From Schizochytrium sp. TIO01 (lineage: Eukaryota; Protista; Bigyra: Labyrinthulomycetes), in contig SMSO01000035.1 of NCBI GenBank assembly GCA_004764695.1, positions 3,856,040 through 3,920,039 on the forward strand: 64,000 nucleotides of DNA, given 5' to 3'. Under the pieces are notes generated by a model. It had not been told where the DNA came from. It made no database searches and saw only the letters and a list, made by a program, of their open reading frames with translations. Below are positions 23,601 to 34,563 of the stretch, piece after piece; the stretch's first letter is position 1, and every line of letters begins with the position of its first letter. A program made the translations under genes and the position numbers.

Positions 23601-24236
23601 CAAGACGAGAAACGTCGGCCTTCAGCTTCAGCAATATCTACATCACAAAAGGTGACTGCTCAGAGCTACCAGAATGTTTCTCTTGGTGAGACCAATTCAC
23701 CGGTATCATCTCTATTGCCTAAGGAGTCAACAGGAGCTGAGGTTGAACCATCAAAGTCACCGTCCGCAGAAGCTTCTACAGGAGCCGAGACTGATTCATT
23801 AAAGTCACCATCCGTGACCAGTCCTGCTCGGCCCCCATCAAGACCTCATAGCTCAAGAATGGATGTTGCTGCTTCCCAATTTGATGTGAAGGCCGCTGTG
23901 GAACAAAGAGAGTCCGGTTTGAAACAAATCCAGAATGAGAGAAACCCATCACATCCAGCAACTCCTCCTCTTCCTTCTCATCGCTCATTATCTTCACCTT
24001 CAACATCTTTGGCCACCGATGGCTCTACTGACGGTATAGATGGTATTAAAAAGACTTCTTCGGTGGGATCCTCGGGAAGCTCTCGTCCAAGTAGCTCTCG
24101 CATCGCAGACTTGGCTTCTCGGTTTGACAAGACTCTCAGTAAAAGCGCTGAGGATAGAAGCAATAATACCAAGACTCAAGATGAGAAAAAGCCATCAATT
24201 GCAGAACTTCGTAGCAAATTTGAACAGGGTCAGTAA
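20655..24236 (+). CDS. DENN-domain Rab GEF-like protein with ENTH-like domain and proline-rich tail
   Basis: 1193 aa. uDENN (FCFP, YVFALT..G...YGFCR), cDENN (ENRIIFVS, LIYPFVWQHMFVPLMP, APSPYLVG), dDENN (FVHTQMFNHFVE); ENTH-like IWRRV..KNWRSGYNAMLLLRFMLSAGSE; several polyproline runs. Confidence 0.92.
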   Translation: MSAGGLFECFLVAQIAEGNDAQTLDDGNNKPQRQAVVGWKYPQDQNTVEGLHEGIAGLPVFCFPRLSLERRRQYLKPYTYVFALTLQNGEYLYGFCRKFLPPGRFPRRADVEERFPEVLCIVSKRFEVDLFLRVLDCVEARIMLDPAASIGFLDALAKLQPVPTPGSAFRIKSPMCGIVCEYKFSRPRVYEKAHINLVFKHLSPRMIHLLVAFIMNENRIIFVSDSETKISLVIHGLVALIYPFVWQHMFVPLMPEHLFDYLGAPSPYLVGVLTALRPRLKNLPLGNVIIADLDKNQIETNEPLVPFGEINSNDNKFIARSRSEEDLRISSIFAGEINALWSRGSGQFRQVNELSLRTTWVSFNLYVFGWADRYVDAHSGEIQKEAFAASMADPLLQRFCRNFVHTQMFNHFVERLVDHLHRKRHGRQRNSMAQTQTTTGGFRRDGAMLDLQRQEDTLFFEARDQLHGDFTWADVKRAFKSTPVRICHTPSGAVNEALEAIPTSIRTNPKFDPDTDELFQKLARRSYDAMLAVAINKAIWRRVSQTTAKNWRSGYNAMLLLRFMLSAGSEIVLASAFRHIDNIARLLRTGGELNGSRSEESVKQLQRAAATVYHELIDRRTLAWERSHEGGHRLFLASKRKEIDKVTAHLRCRSTPMPRFKDLHESNFDPCVPLKAPLKAHQLEQIPIAPRKTEDLLGLKSYARDTASSLTPPPPPPPPHHSPPVKYQQPFSNTMLQPTIVSAPPPPPPPPPPPPPPPPKTTSSTLHLNQTTSAGPPMSAKTFTAPPPPPPPPPSLLRASLPAALPKRPAQSGLSSSSEAASPPPPPPPPKRSSLEASSEQSEKAASMNRPSTAKSGPPPPPPPRAFELESEEGSAQSFNSRSSPPHRAPPHREPSDHSGSSPAPNSPISPDASPPKSASESVNEGWSFDTPSVETHTSSARRGSNKARPPAPQKQNLGKITTNRPPPPTKPATSDQKQPSQQDEKRRPSASAISTSQKVTAQSYQNVSLGETNSPVSSLLPKESTGAEVEPSKSPSAEASTGAETDSLKSPSVTSPARPPSRPHSSRMDVAASQFDVKAAVEQRESGLKQIQNERNPSHPATPPLPSHRSLSSPSTSLATDGSTDGIDGIKKTSSVGSSGSSRPSSSRIADLASRFDKTLSKSAEDRSNNTKTQDEKKPSIAELRSKFEQGQ

Positions 24237-24606
24237 GACGTGACTGTAAAAAACATACCAATGAGCCCGAGGAGATAGTGCTCTTTATGTCGTGTACGGA
24301 TAGGTGTAAAACAAGTTGTGCTGGTTGGCAAGTCAAATCGTAATATTTCATTTTTGTTTGAGCAATTTACGTTATGCTACAATGTGTTCGTGTATTATGC
24401 ATTCCGTTTGACTGACGTTTATATCATCTCATGAATACATGTTTTTTTGTCATATTTCCATATCAATTTTTTTTAATATGCTGTAAAAGAAGGTTAAATA
24501 TACGTTCATAGGGGTTTTGCAATAAAGTATTCTACATCTTGCTTGTGCTTCTTTTCGACTCCAAATTTGACAGTTGAGGATTTGATCTAAGAACAAACTC
24601 TTCCCG

Positions 24607-27600
24607 TTATATGAGGAAACGGTCATCTACCAATGTTTTTTGCGAGAGATTTGTATTTCCGAATAGCTCCCGAGTTATGACAAAGATGCGGTCAAGCATG
24701 AATGCAAAGAAGATCGAGAGCACAGTACTATCCCACCATATGTCAAAAGTTGTAATGCAGAGCATATTAAACAAAATGAGATTCCAAGTCTGCCCATACA
24801 AAAGAACACGATCATATTGATAGAATGGGTCAGGGAAGAATATGTTATCCTTGGAATTCATCATTTCAGGAGGCGTATGTAAAAATCGATGCAAAAAGGT
24901 TTGGTCCCGGTGTTGAATCGGAAATTCTGAAGAGTCTTGATTTACAAAACTTCGCAGAAATGCGTTGAGCTTACGCGAAGCTCGTACAAGTTTTTCTGCA
25001 ACTGGGCGGTCATTCTTTCTTCGCAAAACTCTGAGAAGGAAAGACCCAGTGTCGCTGTGAGCACCTTGGATCTCTTCAGTCATCATGGTGCTAAAGATGT
25101 GATTATATTGACGTTTCCATTCACCTGTTACGTAAATTTCAAAGGCTTGCAACCCCTTTTCTGGGCACCCTGGAAGCCCTCGGTCCGTCGTAAGGCCCTC
25201 TTCTTCCTGACGGAGCTGGCGCGAAATTTCCAACATACTGCAGTCAGCAAATTCATGTTGCGACCGGCAATGCAAATAAAAGCCATGGTACTCCTCATCA
25301 AGCACGAAAATTGACACTTTGGCAATTGTACAAAGATCAATCAACGAGTGGGTTGGGGGCTCGGTGATGTAGCGGTCTTGGATTGCCCATTTGAAGAAAA
25401 TTTGTACACTTGTGATGACGATATACCAAAAACACGTGTTGAAAAACCGTAAGACAGGGTTTAGTGGACCTTCGGAGAGGTCTTGGAAGTCAGGAGTTGG
25501 TGTTGCAAGATACTGTAAATCTCCAGCGATCAAGATTGTTGATAAGAGAAGCAAAGCGAATTCGAGATTATACCTTCGCAAACGCTGTAATTCATTCCAT
25601 TCATTGGCCATAAAGATTGTTCGCCACACACTAATTGGAGCAAATTTAGTTTTTGTTCCATCACCACGTTTACTTTGGATACGGCCACGAGGTTTCTCCC
25701 AATCTAGGAAGAATATGTCAACGTTGGACTGCACTATTACAATCTCAATCATGCGAGCAAGCTGTCCAAAAAAGCATAGTTGCAAAACAAGAATGAAAGG
25801 GTAATAGTCATCTTCTGACCCATATTCTTCCCTGTCTACCGGTAAAAGCAAGTGAACTCTATCCTGCATCTTGAAGAAAATAAAAAAATACGCAGAGAAT
25901 GCAAACAGAAACCAGAAGAACACTGTGGAAAAGGTTGATAACATGTACGAGATACCACGGAGAATAAACCCAAAATTAACAGGTGCATCGCCGGGCAAAC
26001 GTGAATTGCGTCTTGACCAGTTGTAGAGGCGAAGAAGGCCAAAAAGTCCTACAATCGTCATTGTAATTCCAAAGAAAGCCGATGTACTTTGCCAAAATCC
26101 ATCAAAGTTTTCCGTATATTCAACTGTGAAAACGAGCTCTACGTAGGTAGTCTCTTCAGGCGGATTACCTTCCTCGTCGACACCATTTCTGTAAAAGTCG
26201 GATACGAGTCGCTCCTCATACAGGATTTCCAGCACTGGGGGATAGATTTTATTAGTAACGATCTCTTGAACAGTGGTAGTGAGTCTGATAGATTTGGCAT
26301 AGCGAATAACTGAGGGTTCGTCCGTTGCTGATACTTTTGACGAAATTTGATCATAGAAGAAGAAACGGCGAGTAAGCATGTCATCAGCCTCATCTTCAAC
26401 AGCTGTGTTTTCGTTGGGAAACGCCTCATCTTCAACTAGATTGAGGTTTCTAACTGGCACTGGGTACAAGCGCCCGCCATTCGCGTAATCAACGAGGTAT
26501 AGGTCATAGAATTCCGGTTCAGGGAAAGAGTTCATAAGGTTATACAAATTGCAGGAGTAAGTACGCTCGTAGCCGTACCCGAATTGTCTCCAGGTTGGAA
26601 CCTGGTTCTCGGTCGGCATGCAGTACTCGAATTCCGTAGTGACGTTTGACCAGCCCAGAAATTCTCCTGCCAAGCTGAAACGGGCCATCACAAACTGCAT
26701 GTAGTCATACGTGCCGGATTCTTGTTCCATATCAAAAGAGAACTCTAAGTCAATGCCTGTGTCTGCAAGCACAGTAGGCGCTAGATCCTCATACCGGAGC
26801 CATGGTGTGAGAAGTCGCCAGTCCCAAGTAACATCGTTCCACTGTGCACGATTTGTGTTGATGTCATCAATTAATTCGCATGCAGGAACGTCATTGTTGT
26901 ACTGCTGCAAAACGCACAGATTGGCTAGTGCTTGACATGCCTGAACACCATGGGCGTCGCGAAGATAGCGACATTTGGTACCAGCAAGCGGGAAATAGTG
27001 ATTGAAAATGACAGAATTCCTGATCGTATAGCTTGTATAGCCTTCACCACTACTTGACGATAATAACTGGCGCCGCCCCCCACGGAGAGTAGCACTACTT
27101 GAAATTGATGATGGTGCAGAAGAGGGTTGTTCATCGCTTTCCTGCGTTCTTAGCAGACGTCGACTTTCCGATGGAGAGCTTGTGGGCACAACATGAGTGT
27201 ACTCGATCTCTGCATAACGCTGCAAATTAACGTATGCAACTTCTGTTGTGAGAACACAGGTAATACCGCTACCAACACCCTCAATACCAACCTGGGTCCA
27301 TGTAGGCGAATTTTCCGAAGGCAATGCACATACACAACGATTGTTGTAGACGACCATAGCTGGGTGCGGGCAAGCCTGACAAATGTAGGAATCTTCCTCA
27401 ACAATATCTGGATCATCCTCCACCCCATCCTCTGCACGTGCCTCGAGGTAAAGTGTGCGTAATATACTCCCTGCTGGACATGGTTCGCAATGTTTATATG
27501 CTAAAGGTTCCCCGTTTAGGTCAAGCTCCCGAAGAACATGTGAAGAGTTGGTGCACTCACACATTTTTGTATCAGAATTGTAAGAGATATCAGTTCCCTC

Positions 27601-28095
27601 GTAGGTCCCGTTCGGATTTCCGCAAGCCATGCATGCATCGTTTGCTACAGTCGATGCTTGAGGGCACTCCAAGCACCGAAATGCATCGCACCAGTAGTTA
27701 CTGACAGCGAGCGTGGTCTCGCAAGCATCAGAAGTGAAATAATCGTCCATATTAGTGATCCAGCCAGGCGCACATCGGCAACCCACCGACGTTGTATAAT
27801 CTCTTGACGCATAGGGTACAATGATATCTTGATAATCTGGAATACGAGCTGTCATGCCAGATGTTGTCAGCGGAATATTTGGAGGACTAGGGCATGACAG
27901 ACATCTGAAACTGGCAATATCAAGGTACTCATCGTCTGCGCAGTCTGTAACAGAGATTGCTTTCTCTGCTGCTTTCGAGATATGTGCAGAGCTCAATGTG
28001 ACTAGTGCTAATGCAAAGGTAAAAAGTTTGCACCATTCCCTCTTGGTTATGTCGCTCACTAAGTCTGCCTTGGTCTGCATTAGCTTTGTCATCAT
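24607..28095 (-). CDS. TMEM67: Meckelin (ciliary transition-zone protein)
   Basis: 1162 aa. Signal-like N-terminus, Cys-rich ectodomain, CQALANLCVL, LTRRFFFYD, DIFFLDWEKPR, SVWRTIFMANEWNELQ, GFYLHCRS, and C-terminal KTLVDDRFLI typical of meckelin. Confidence 0.96.
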   Translation of the reverse strand: MMTKLMQTKADLVSDITKREWCKLFTFALALVTLSSAHISKAAEKAISVTDCADDEYLDIASFRCLSCPSPPNIPLTTSGMTARIPDYQDIIVPYASRDYTTSVGCRCAPGWITNMDDYFTSDACETTLAVSNYWCDAFRCLECPQASTVANDACMACGNPNGTYEGTDISYNSDTKMCECTNSSHVLRELDLNGEPLAYKHCEPCPAGSILRTLYLEARAEDGVEDDPDIVEEDSYICQACPHPAMVVYNNRCVCALPSENSPTWTQVGIEGVGSGITCVLTTEVAYVNLQRYAEIEYTHVVPTSSPSESRRLLRTQESDEQPSSAPSSISSSATLRGGRRQLLSSSSGEGYTSYTIRNSVIFNHYFPLAGTKCRYLRDAHGVQACQALANLCVLQQYNNDVPACELIDDINTNRAQWNDVTWDWRLLTPWLRYEDLAPTVLADTGIDLEFSFDMEQESGTYDYMQFVMARFSLAGEFLGWSNVTTEFEYCMPTENQVPTWRQFGYGYERTYSCNLYNLMNSFPEPEFYDLYLVDYANGGRLYPVPVRNLNLVEDEAFPNENTAVEDEADDMLTRRFFFYDQISSKVSATDEPSVIRYAKSIRLTTTVQEIVTNKIYPPVLEILYEERLVSDFYRNGVDEEGNPPEETTYVELVFTVEYTENFDGFWQSTSAFFGITMTIVGLFGLLRLYNWSRRNSRLPGDAPVNFGFILRGISYMLSTFSTVFFWFLFAFSAYFFIFFKMQDRVHLLLPVDREEYGSEDDYYPFILVLQLCFFGQLARMIEIVIVQSNVDIFFLDWEKPRGRIQSKRGDGTKTKFAPISVWRTIFMANEWNELQRLRRYNLEFALLLLSTILIAGDLQYLATPTPDFQDLSEGPLNPVLRFFNTCFWYIVITSVQIFFKWAIQDRYITEPPTHSLIDLCTIAKVSIFVLDEEYHGFYLHCRSQHEFADCSMLEISRQLRQEEEGLTTDRGLPGCPEKGLQAFEIYVTGEWKRQYNHIFSTMMTEEIQGAHSDTGSFLLRVLRRKNDRPVAEKLVRASRKLNAFLRSFVNQDSSEFPIQHRDQTFLHRFLHTPPEMMNSKDNIFFPDPFYQYDRVLLYGQTWNLILFNMLCITTFDIWWDSTVLSIFFAFMLDRIFVITRELFGNTNLSQKTLVDDRFLI

Positions 28096-29042
28096 GGGCG
28101 ATAAACGGAGTGTCTAGCTGCTTGTTTGGTTTGCGTACAAAACCAAGAAACCTGCAGCTCTCCTCTGTGGTTTGATTCAATTACCTTGCAAGAAGCTTTG
28201 CTGTGTCTCTTGCAAGGTAGCAAGCTCTCCTCTCCGTTCACCCTTTGCCTCTCCCAAATCCTCACGTGATGGTTTGGTGTTGCGCTCGTTGCTGTGGTCA
28301 AAAGCGTGTCTGTCTATGCCGTTTCTTATATCCCACGCAACTGCTCGCACAGCTCTTCGTGCAAGGCTTCAACTCACCCCTTGCAGTACGTTTACTCAGC
28401 TCCGTGTTGGCAGCTTTGCACAAGAGTGTTGCTAGCGTCTTGGTGCCCTGCAGGATGCGACAGCTGGGCGTTAGCCCTTGTTGGTCTTGAAGTTGATGAT
28501 TTACCCTGAGAAACGTTGTGGCCCAGGTCCTCTTTAATAATTCTCCTTAGCATTCGTTCAATTTAAACAGTTTGCTATCCCTCTTTTTCCACCTTCCTTT
28601 TCTTGGTAGAACTCACTACTTAAGCTATCAAAAGTACATATTTTCCCTTCACTAAAACATATTCATGCATGCATCCAAGCCCTTAATTCTCAGTCAAACA
28701 CCTTCTCCTCCCAGACAATCACTTGAGCTGAGCCCTATCTCTCAGTACCTGTTTTCTTCTCTAAACCGAACGCGAACCATGCAGAATAATATCCCAACGC
28801 AAGCGCAAGAAATACTGCGAATACTGCCGAACGGTCAAGTGCACAACCCTTTCTTACTTGCGTTCCTCATTAGAATTTATGGAACTAATAGAACATTTGG
28901 AAAATAGTGCCATGTTTTGATGATAGATAAATGAAATCTGAGATGATAGGGCCAACTTCGAAACCAAATTTGCTTTCTCCTGAAGGTTGATCTGCGAAGC
29001 CGAGCTTCATCTGTGCCCCGAGCGCCAGCTTATCTCGCTACG

Positions 29043-29819
29043 ATGCCGAAGCAGGTTCCCCTCGCTCCTCCGAGCGGCTCTAGTCCCGGCGTGAGTGCCG
29101 ATCTGTCTCGCGACGGCGTGGACGCCGTTCATGAGGCGGTCTGCGCTGCAAGCGATGTTTTGCGGCACCTTGCTGAGGGCCTCGCGCGGCGTGTAGAGGG
29201 CGGTCAAGCAAGCTCTGGTCAGCAGGACCATGCTGCTCGTACCTTGCGTCCCGATGCTGCTGATTTGCGATCAGGCTTCATGGACGAGGATCTGCTTGAT
29301 GTGCTTGAAGAAGAGCAAGAGGCCGCTGCTCTTGAACCCGCGCTCGAACCCACGTTTGAGCAGACATCATCTGCGCCAGATGACGAGGATGGAGATGATA
29401 ACGATGATGATAACGATGATGATGATGATAATGACGATGACGATAATGACGAAGTTGATGACGAGAACGACGACGACATGGACAATATGGATACGGAGAA
29501 GTCTAATAACAACAATCAGAGCAACGGTGATGATGAAGCCAAAGATGCAGAGGCCTTCACGGCAGCATTCAGGAGGTATGAAGCAGCTGTCCGGACGTTG
29601 ACTCCGCTCGCGGCGCATCTTGATGCTGGGAAAAGCGCTGCTGCAGGTGGTCCTAAGGCATCAGAGTATTCAACGCCGGCCTCGGCAGAGGAGTTGGCGG
29701 AGCTGCAGAGGCTTCGAACGGAGGTGCATGAGAAGAATGCAAGGTTAAAATTGCTAATTGACAGGCTTAGGGTGTTGCAACAGCAGTTAGCGACCTTTTC
29801 GGATAAAGGATACCAGTGA
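29043..29819 (+). CDS. MED30: Mediator subunit MED30-like protein with acidic insertion
   Basis: First ATG at 29043. LSRDGVDAVHEAVCAASDVLRHL, AFRRYEAAVRTL and LRTEVHEKNARLKLLIDRLR resemble the three conserved helices of plant/animal MED30 (C-terminal KNxxLKxLIDxLR). Recognised by eye. Confidence 0.6.
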   Translation: MPKQVPLAPPSGSSPGVSADLSRDGVDAVHEAVCAASDVLRHLAEGLARRVEGGQASSGQQDHAARTLRPDAADLRSGFMDEDLLDVLEEEQEAAALEPALEPTFEQTSSAPDDEDGDDNDDDNDDDDDNDDDDNDEVDDENDDDMDNMDTEKSNNNNQSNGDDEAKDAEAFTAAFRRYEAAVRTLTPLAAHLDAGKSAAAGGPKASEYSTPASAEELAELQRLRTEVHEKNARLKLLIDRLRVLQQQLATFSDKGYQ

Positions 29820-31091
29820 GTGACTCGTCTTTGCTAAAAGGTATTTTTGCGACTTTTAGGACTGAAATCATCTGTCAAAGATAAGACTGTTGGGCTGGTC
29901 GAGGAGTGCACGCCATGTGAATATCGTTGCATGATTTTTGCTCAGCCAAAAAGCTTAAAGTTGAGTTGCGTTCTACTTTGCATTTACAGAAAGAGACTTG
30001 TTAAGCTCTCCAGAAGAGCTTTATAATAGTAGAAAGATCTCAGACAAAGTTTAGTCTGCAACTGAGGTTTTAAAATGAACAAGGGCATACACACATAGTC
30101 TCAACGTTGGAACATTTTGTAGAATCAGATGGATGCACAAGAAGCTACAACGAAGGCCAAAATTGCTCGTCTGTGTAGAGTAGAGGCTTCGCGTTAGGGT
30201 TGCTTCATTTTTAACATCTGCAGCTACACATACGTGTACTCGTTTCAAAGACCAGGCCGTGTAGCTCATGAGTAGAACTGTTGATCATATTGGTTCTTTT
30301 AGAAATGGGCATTCCCTTTTTTACAGCGGGTTCTCTTCAGTGATCTGTAGGTGTTATTACATATATTGCCCTCTTCGTGCATGTTATCTATAGGGCAAGA
30401 AGTCATCTGGTAAACCATTTGAGAAATAATCAACCGTTTTAAAAGTTTATGTTATTACTATTTTACGAGCTACTATTGTCCTGTTTTATGTAAATGCGAA
30501 CTATGGCAGAAATACTTTGTGTGAACAACTTGATATAAACTTTTGGCAAGTTTGTACATAGTATGTTCAAATTTCAAAAGCCTGAATGCAAAAAAAGCCT
30601 GTCCTTTTTCTCGACATAGCTTTTCTGATACATTCATTTTCTATTTAGAGAGCTCTAAATGTGATTTGTGCCATGTTTGCCTTTGTGAAGGTGTCTGTTT
30701 AAATATGCCAAACGTACTGACCAACCACTCCTCGTCTCCAAGGGCATTGATAAATGCCAAAACTTCGTTCTTCTATTTTTATTTTTATAAGTTGCTGAAA
30801 ATTTGAGAAGGCATAATGCTGTCGAATATTTAGTTTTCACCAATCGCATCTGGATGCTGCTATGATGTTCAACCAATTTGAAGTAGATGGCCAAACTAAT
30901 TCCCGACTCTTTGGCGGCAAGTTTCTTAGAAGGCATCGTAGTAGCCCTGCAATTGAAAAAATAGAAAAAAAAATATTATTATTATAAGAAGGGCAGAAAA
31001 TAAGTTATTGGAGTGTGTGATTGTAGTAAGTCATGAATTACTTCAAGACAAATCGCGGAGCAAAGCCAAGACGGCAAGCATACGGCCAGCG

Positions 31092-32223
31092 ATGATGCGC
31101 AAAGCAGCTGCCGCGTGGCGGCCTGCCTTGCGGTCGTTCTATAAAAGGTGAGTAAGTTGAGCTGGTTCGTCCTCCGCTCAGTTTCTGCACTCTTTGAGAA
31201 GGATGTTCGATGGGTGGGTAGTGAACGGATGGTTCTGACGCAAGATTCGTATGGCGGTGCCAAAGCAGTGTCCGTGAGTGCGAACAATGCTCGAGAAGAG
31301 GCGAAGGCGACTAACTTAGCTATTGCGAATGCCGCAGAGTTCATCCTGACCTTTTAGGCCAGCTTCCAGAGCATGTACAGTCGGAGAACCAGTCGTCAAT
31401 GCAGGAACTTGAGAATATTTTATCGAACATGCCGTCAGGCAAGGTGAACTTGCGTTTTCACGTGGTGCATGAAGACCGCAAAAGCGTAGAACAAATTGCA
31501 AGACTCTCAGTTGTCGGAGGTGGTGACTCGCAATCATGGTCACGACGACTTGACGATGCACTATTATTGCTACTTCGAGATGTCGTCAGTCCAGATATTA
31601 TGCCAGAACATGTGAAAGATGCATTGAGATACCAGGCGAAAGAAAAGGAAATGCGGGCCCGGCACCAGCTTGATCGAAGAACTGGAAGCAGTGTTGAGGA
31701 GATGGCTGAAGGTTGGAGCAAATTCCAAGGAGAATGGGTGGAAGCCGCAAGGCAGACCAAATACAATGCACAGCGGATCCGGGAGACTGCTGCACAACAG
31801 TCTGCTTGGTATTGGCGCCAACCAATTTCTGGGGAAACTTTTAGTGAGACACCAGGCCAGGCAATCTCTAAACTTTTTGAAAAAGATCGTTTGCGCTGCT
31901 CGTCTGGCATTGACCCAGAAGACGGCTTGGAGTTCGCCTTAGCAGTTCTGAAAAGGCTTGGCCTTGAGCATCTGCAAAACTTGGAGACAGCTTTGCTTCG
32001 GGACATCATTATTCAGGTCGTCGACTACGATACAAAGACAGCACTCAAGGGCCAAGCTATTCAAATTAGTATGAAGTTGACGCCTGAACGAGCCTCTTCA
32101 TTTGTTGCTGAGGTAATTGAGAAATTTGTGGAGGTTCATAATTCAACTATAAAAAGCTCCAAGCGTTCTATCTTTGAGATGTATAACGAGCATCGATCTT
32201 CTTCTGGTAGTGCTTCCTCATGA
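31092..32223 (+). CDS. DUF4460/TCAIM-like protein with J-domain-like HPD motif; exons 31092-31147 and 31338-32223
   Basis: Donor AG|GTGAGT at 31148, branch GACTAAC at ~31310, acceptor GCAG ending at 31337. Splicing yields MMRKAAAAWRPALRSFYKRVHPDLLGQLPEHVQSENQSSMQEL, matching the LRxFYxxVHPDxFGQ..N..S pattern of DUF4460. Confidence 0.8.
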
Positions 32224-34499
32224 GGGGAGTTGATTATTCATGTTACTTCACTTAGCCCATTGCAATTGTAAATGTTTAGGTAACCATGGTACAAAAAGTA
32301 TTGTATTGTTTTGCTCCTTGTGCCAAAGTGATTTCATACATATATCCATACATATATCCACTCATCTATCCATGTTGTTGTAGATCTCTTACATCCCGAA
32401 AGGCTTTGCCAAGATATGACGCTGTGTGATAAAGCGCGTAGCTCTTCATTTAAACGAATTGACTTAAAGGAACCAACCTGTCGGCACTACACATGAAGCA
32501 TGATCAGTTTGTATAATTGTTGCATTGCTTTTTTCATTCATGAGCCGGCGATGCCAATACTCAATGGAATTTGTTTGCTCTCTGAGTCAACCGTTAGTAT
32601 TTCTAAATACATGCTTCATTTCCATTTCAGTGGTTCAGAATAAATGCAATTAGATTGATGAGTTAATGAGCCTAAGGTGAAAAATGTTAAACACGACCTT
32701 CAAGCTGGTTGCGCACAAGACGCCACCTTTTCGAGGAACAAAAATAGAGCGTGTTCTCAGCAATCACTCAACAATCTTTTTCGTGCAAGATTTCAGAGTA
32801 AGCAAAATCAGCCGGGAGCGAAGGATAAAATTCATTTTTAAATAGTAGCCCACTACTATTAATTATACATTCTGAGCCAGATAATGTGTATCGACTTGCA
32901 TTTACAATCCGGGGCATCGTGGCTTCCCTCTAGCTGGCTAAATTTAGGCACAAGCTTCTTCTCCTTCGATCCTTTACATAATTAATCTCTCCTAGTCATT
33001 CCATGAAATCATTTCCCATACATCATATCGCAAACCATAATTACACCAGCCTCCAAGCAGGTAGGACCTAGGCATTCTACTCTCTTCATCCCTCAGGTCT
33101 GTCTCCTGATAATAGCACTCAGCAGTTCCTTGGCTCTTCCGACGTCCGTCTACTTTGTCGAAAGTGGAAAAGAACGAATGAACAGAAAGTAGTAGGTAGT
33201 ACCACATAGTACAACTGCCTAGGAGTAGCTAGCTAGAGTAGAGAACAAACAAAAAGATAAACTAATAAAACAAAGGATCCCTTCTTTGAGCTAATGCCGA
33301 TGGTGATGGCAAAGTCTCGCAGAATCAACCCCAAAAGAGAACTATCCAGCTCCAGAACTCGGCTCTTCCAACGCTCGTGAGGTTCTGAGAGGGCTGGCTT
33401 CTCGCCAGTTCCATTAGAGCTTTAAGCCCATCCTATCGTCGAGGCAGCAGCCATAGACAGCTCGAGCGACGGACTTTTCCTGGCAACGTACATCTGCAAT
33501 CGCGCTGAGGTCGAGAACGACGACAACGAGAACGACGGCGACGGCGAAGACGACAGCGAGCCTGGATGCGCCAAGAGCATTGCGCCTGTGACGCTTTCCT
33601 CGCGTTGTGCCAAGGGTGGTTTTTTTGCAAGCTAGCTACGTGGCCCGCTAGAGGCCAGGAGCCTGAGACTCTCAATGTTGCGAGCAGGGTCCGTGAAGAT
33701 CTCGCTCGATGAGCTCCAGGCTCGAGGCTTTTCACTGCACCAGCTGTCTCCTCTCGCTTCTTGCTACGCAGGTCGGCGCCTTGGGTCAGCTCGGGCACCA
33801 TCTTGAAGCTTGGAGCTGGCGCTTCGAAAGCTCCGCACGAAGATGCCGCCGGGAAAGTCCACGCTCTGCGACTCTGCGGCGAGCGAGCTGAGCTGCAAGC
33901 TGCATCCACGGAGAGTTGAGACCTCCCTCTTGAAGCCCAGCAGGCCGCTTCTGCCGGTTTCCATAAGGTTCATTCCTTCGACCGCAAAATGGCAGGCATC
34001 CGTTTTCGAGATCGCCATCGGCGTCGCTGATGCCGTTGATTGTGCTGCTCTTGCCGTTGCTGCCGTTAAGTCTCAAAATCCGCTCGAGCAGGAGGAGGAA
34101 CTTCGAGGGTGGAGAGCTCGCGAGGTCTCTCGGGGGGCGCAGACTGCAGGAGCAGACTTCGCTAGGTCTACTGTGAAGTTTGGTTGGCGCAAAGCAAAGT
34201 TCCTTGGGCCTGGGCAGTTTGATTCGGTCAGGCAAATCGAGCCATGTGAGCATCACCGTCGCAGCAGTTAGAGATAGTCATTCGCGATCTAACTAAACCT
34301 CAGACGTGGAGTTCTTGGCAGCCTGCTCCAGCAGCACTCTCTCTGTGCGGGATCTGCGGGACAACTGCCGGAGAACACGTCCATCGGAGGCTCACTCGTG
34401 TTGATCTTGGAGGAGTTGGGATTGATTGATCGCAGCTTGAGAAAGAGAACTTTCGGGCTTCTTTCGACGACATGACGCTCACAGAAATTAAAGCAAACA

Positions 34500-34563
<64 letters not shown>
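34500..34563. repeat. (AAAG)n(AG)n polypurine microsatellite
   Basis: Directly visible. Confidence 0.95.
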
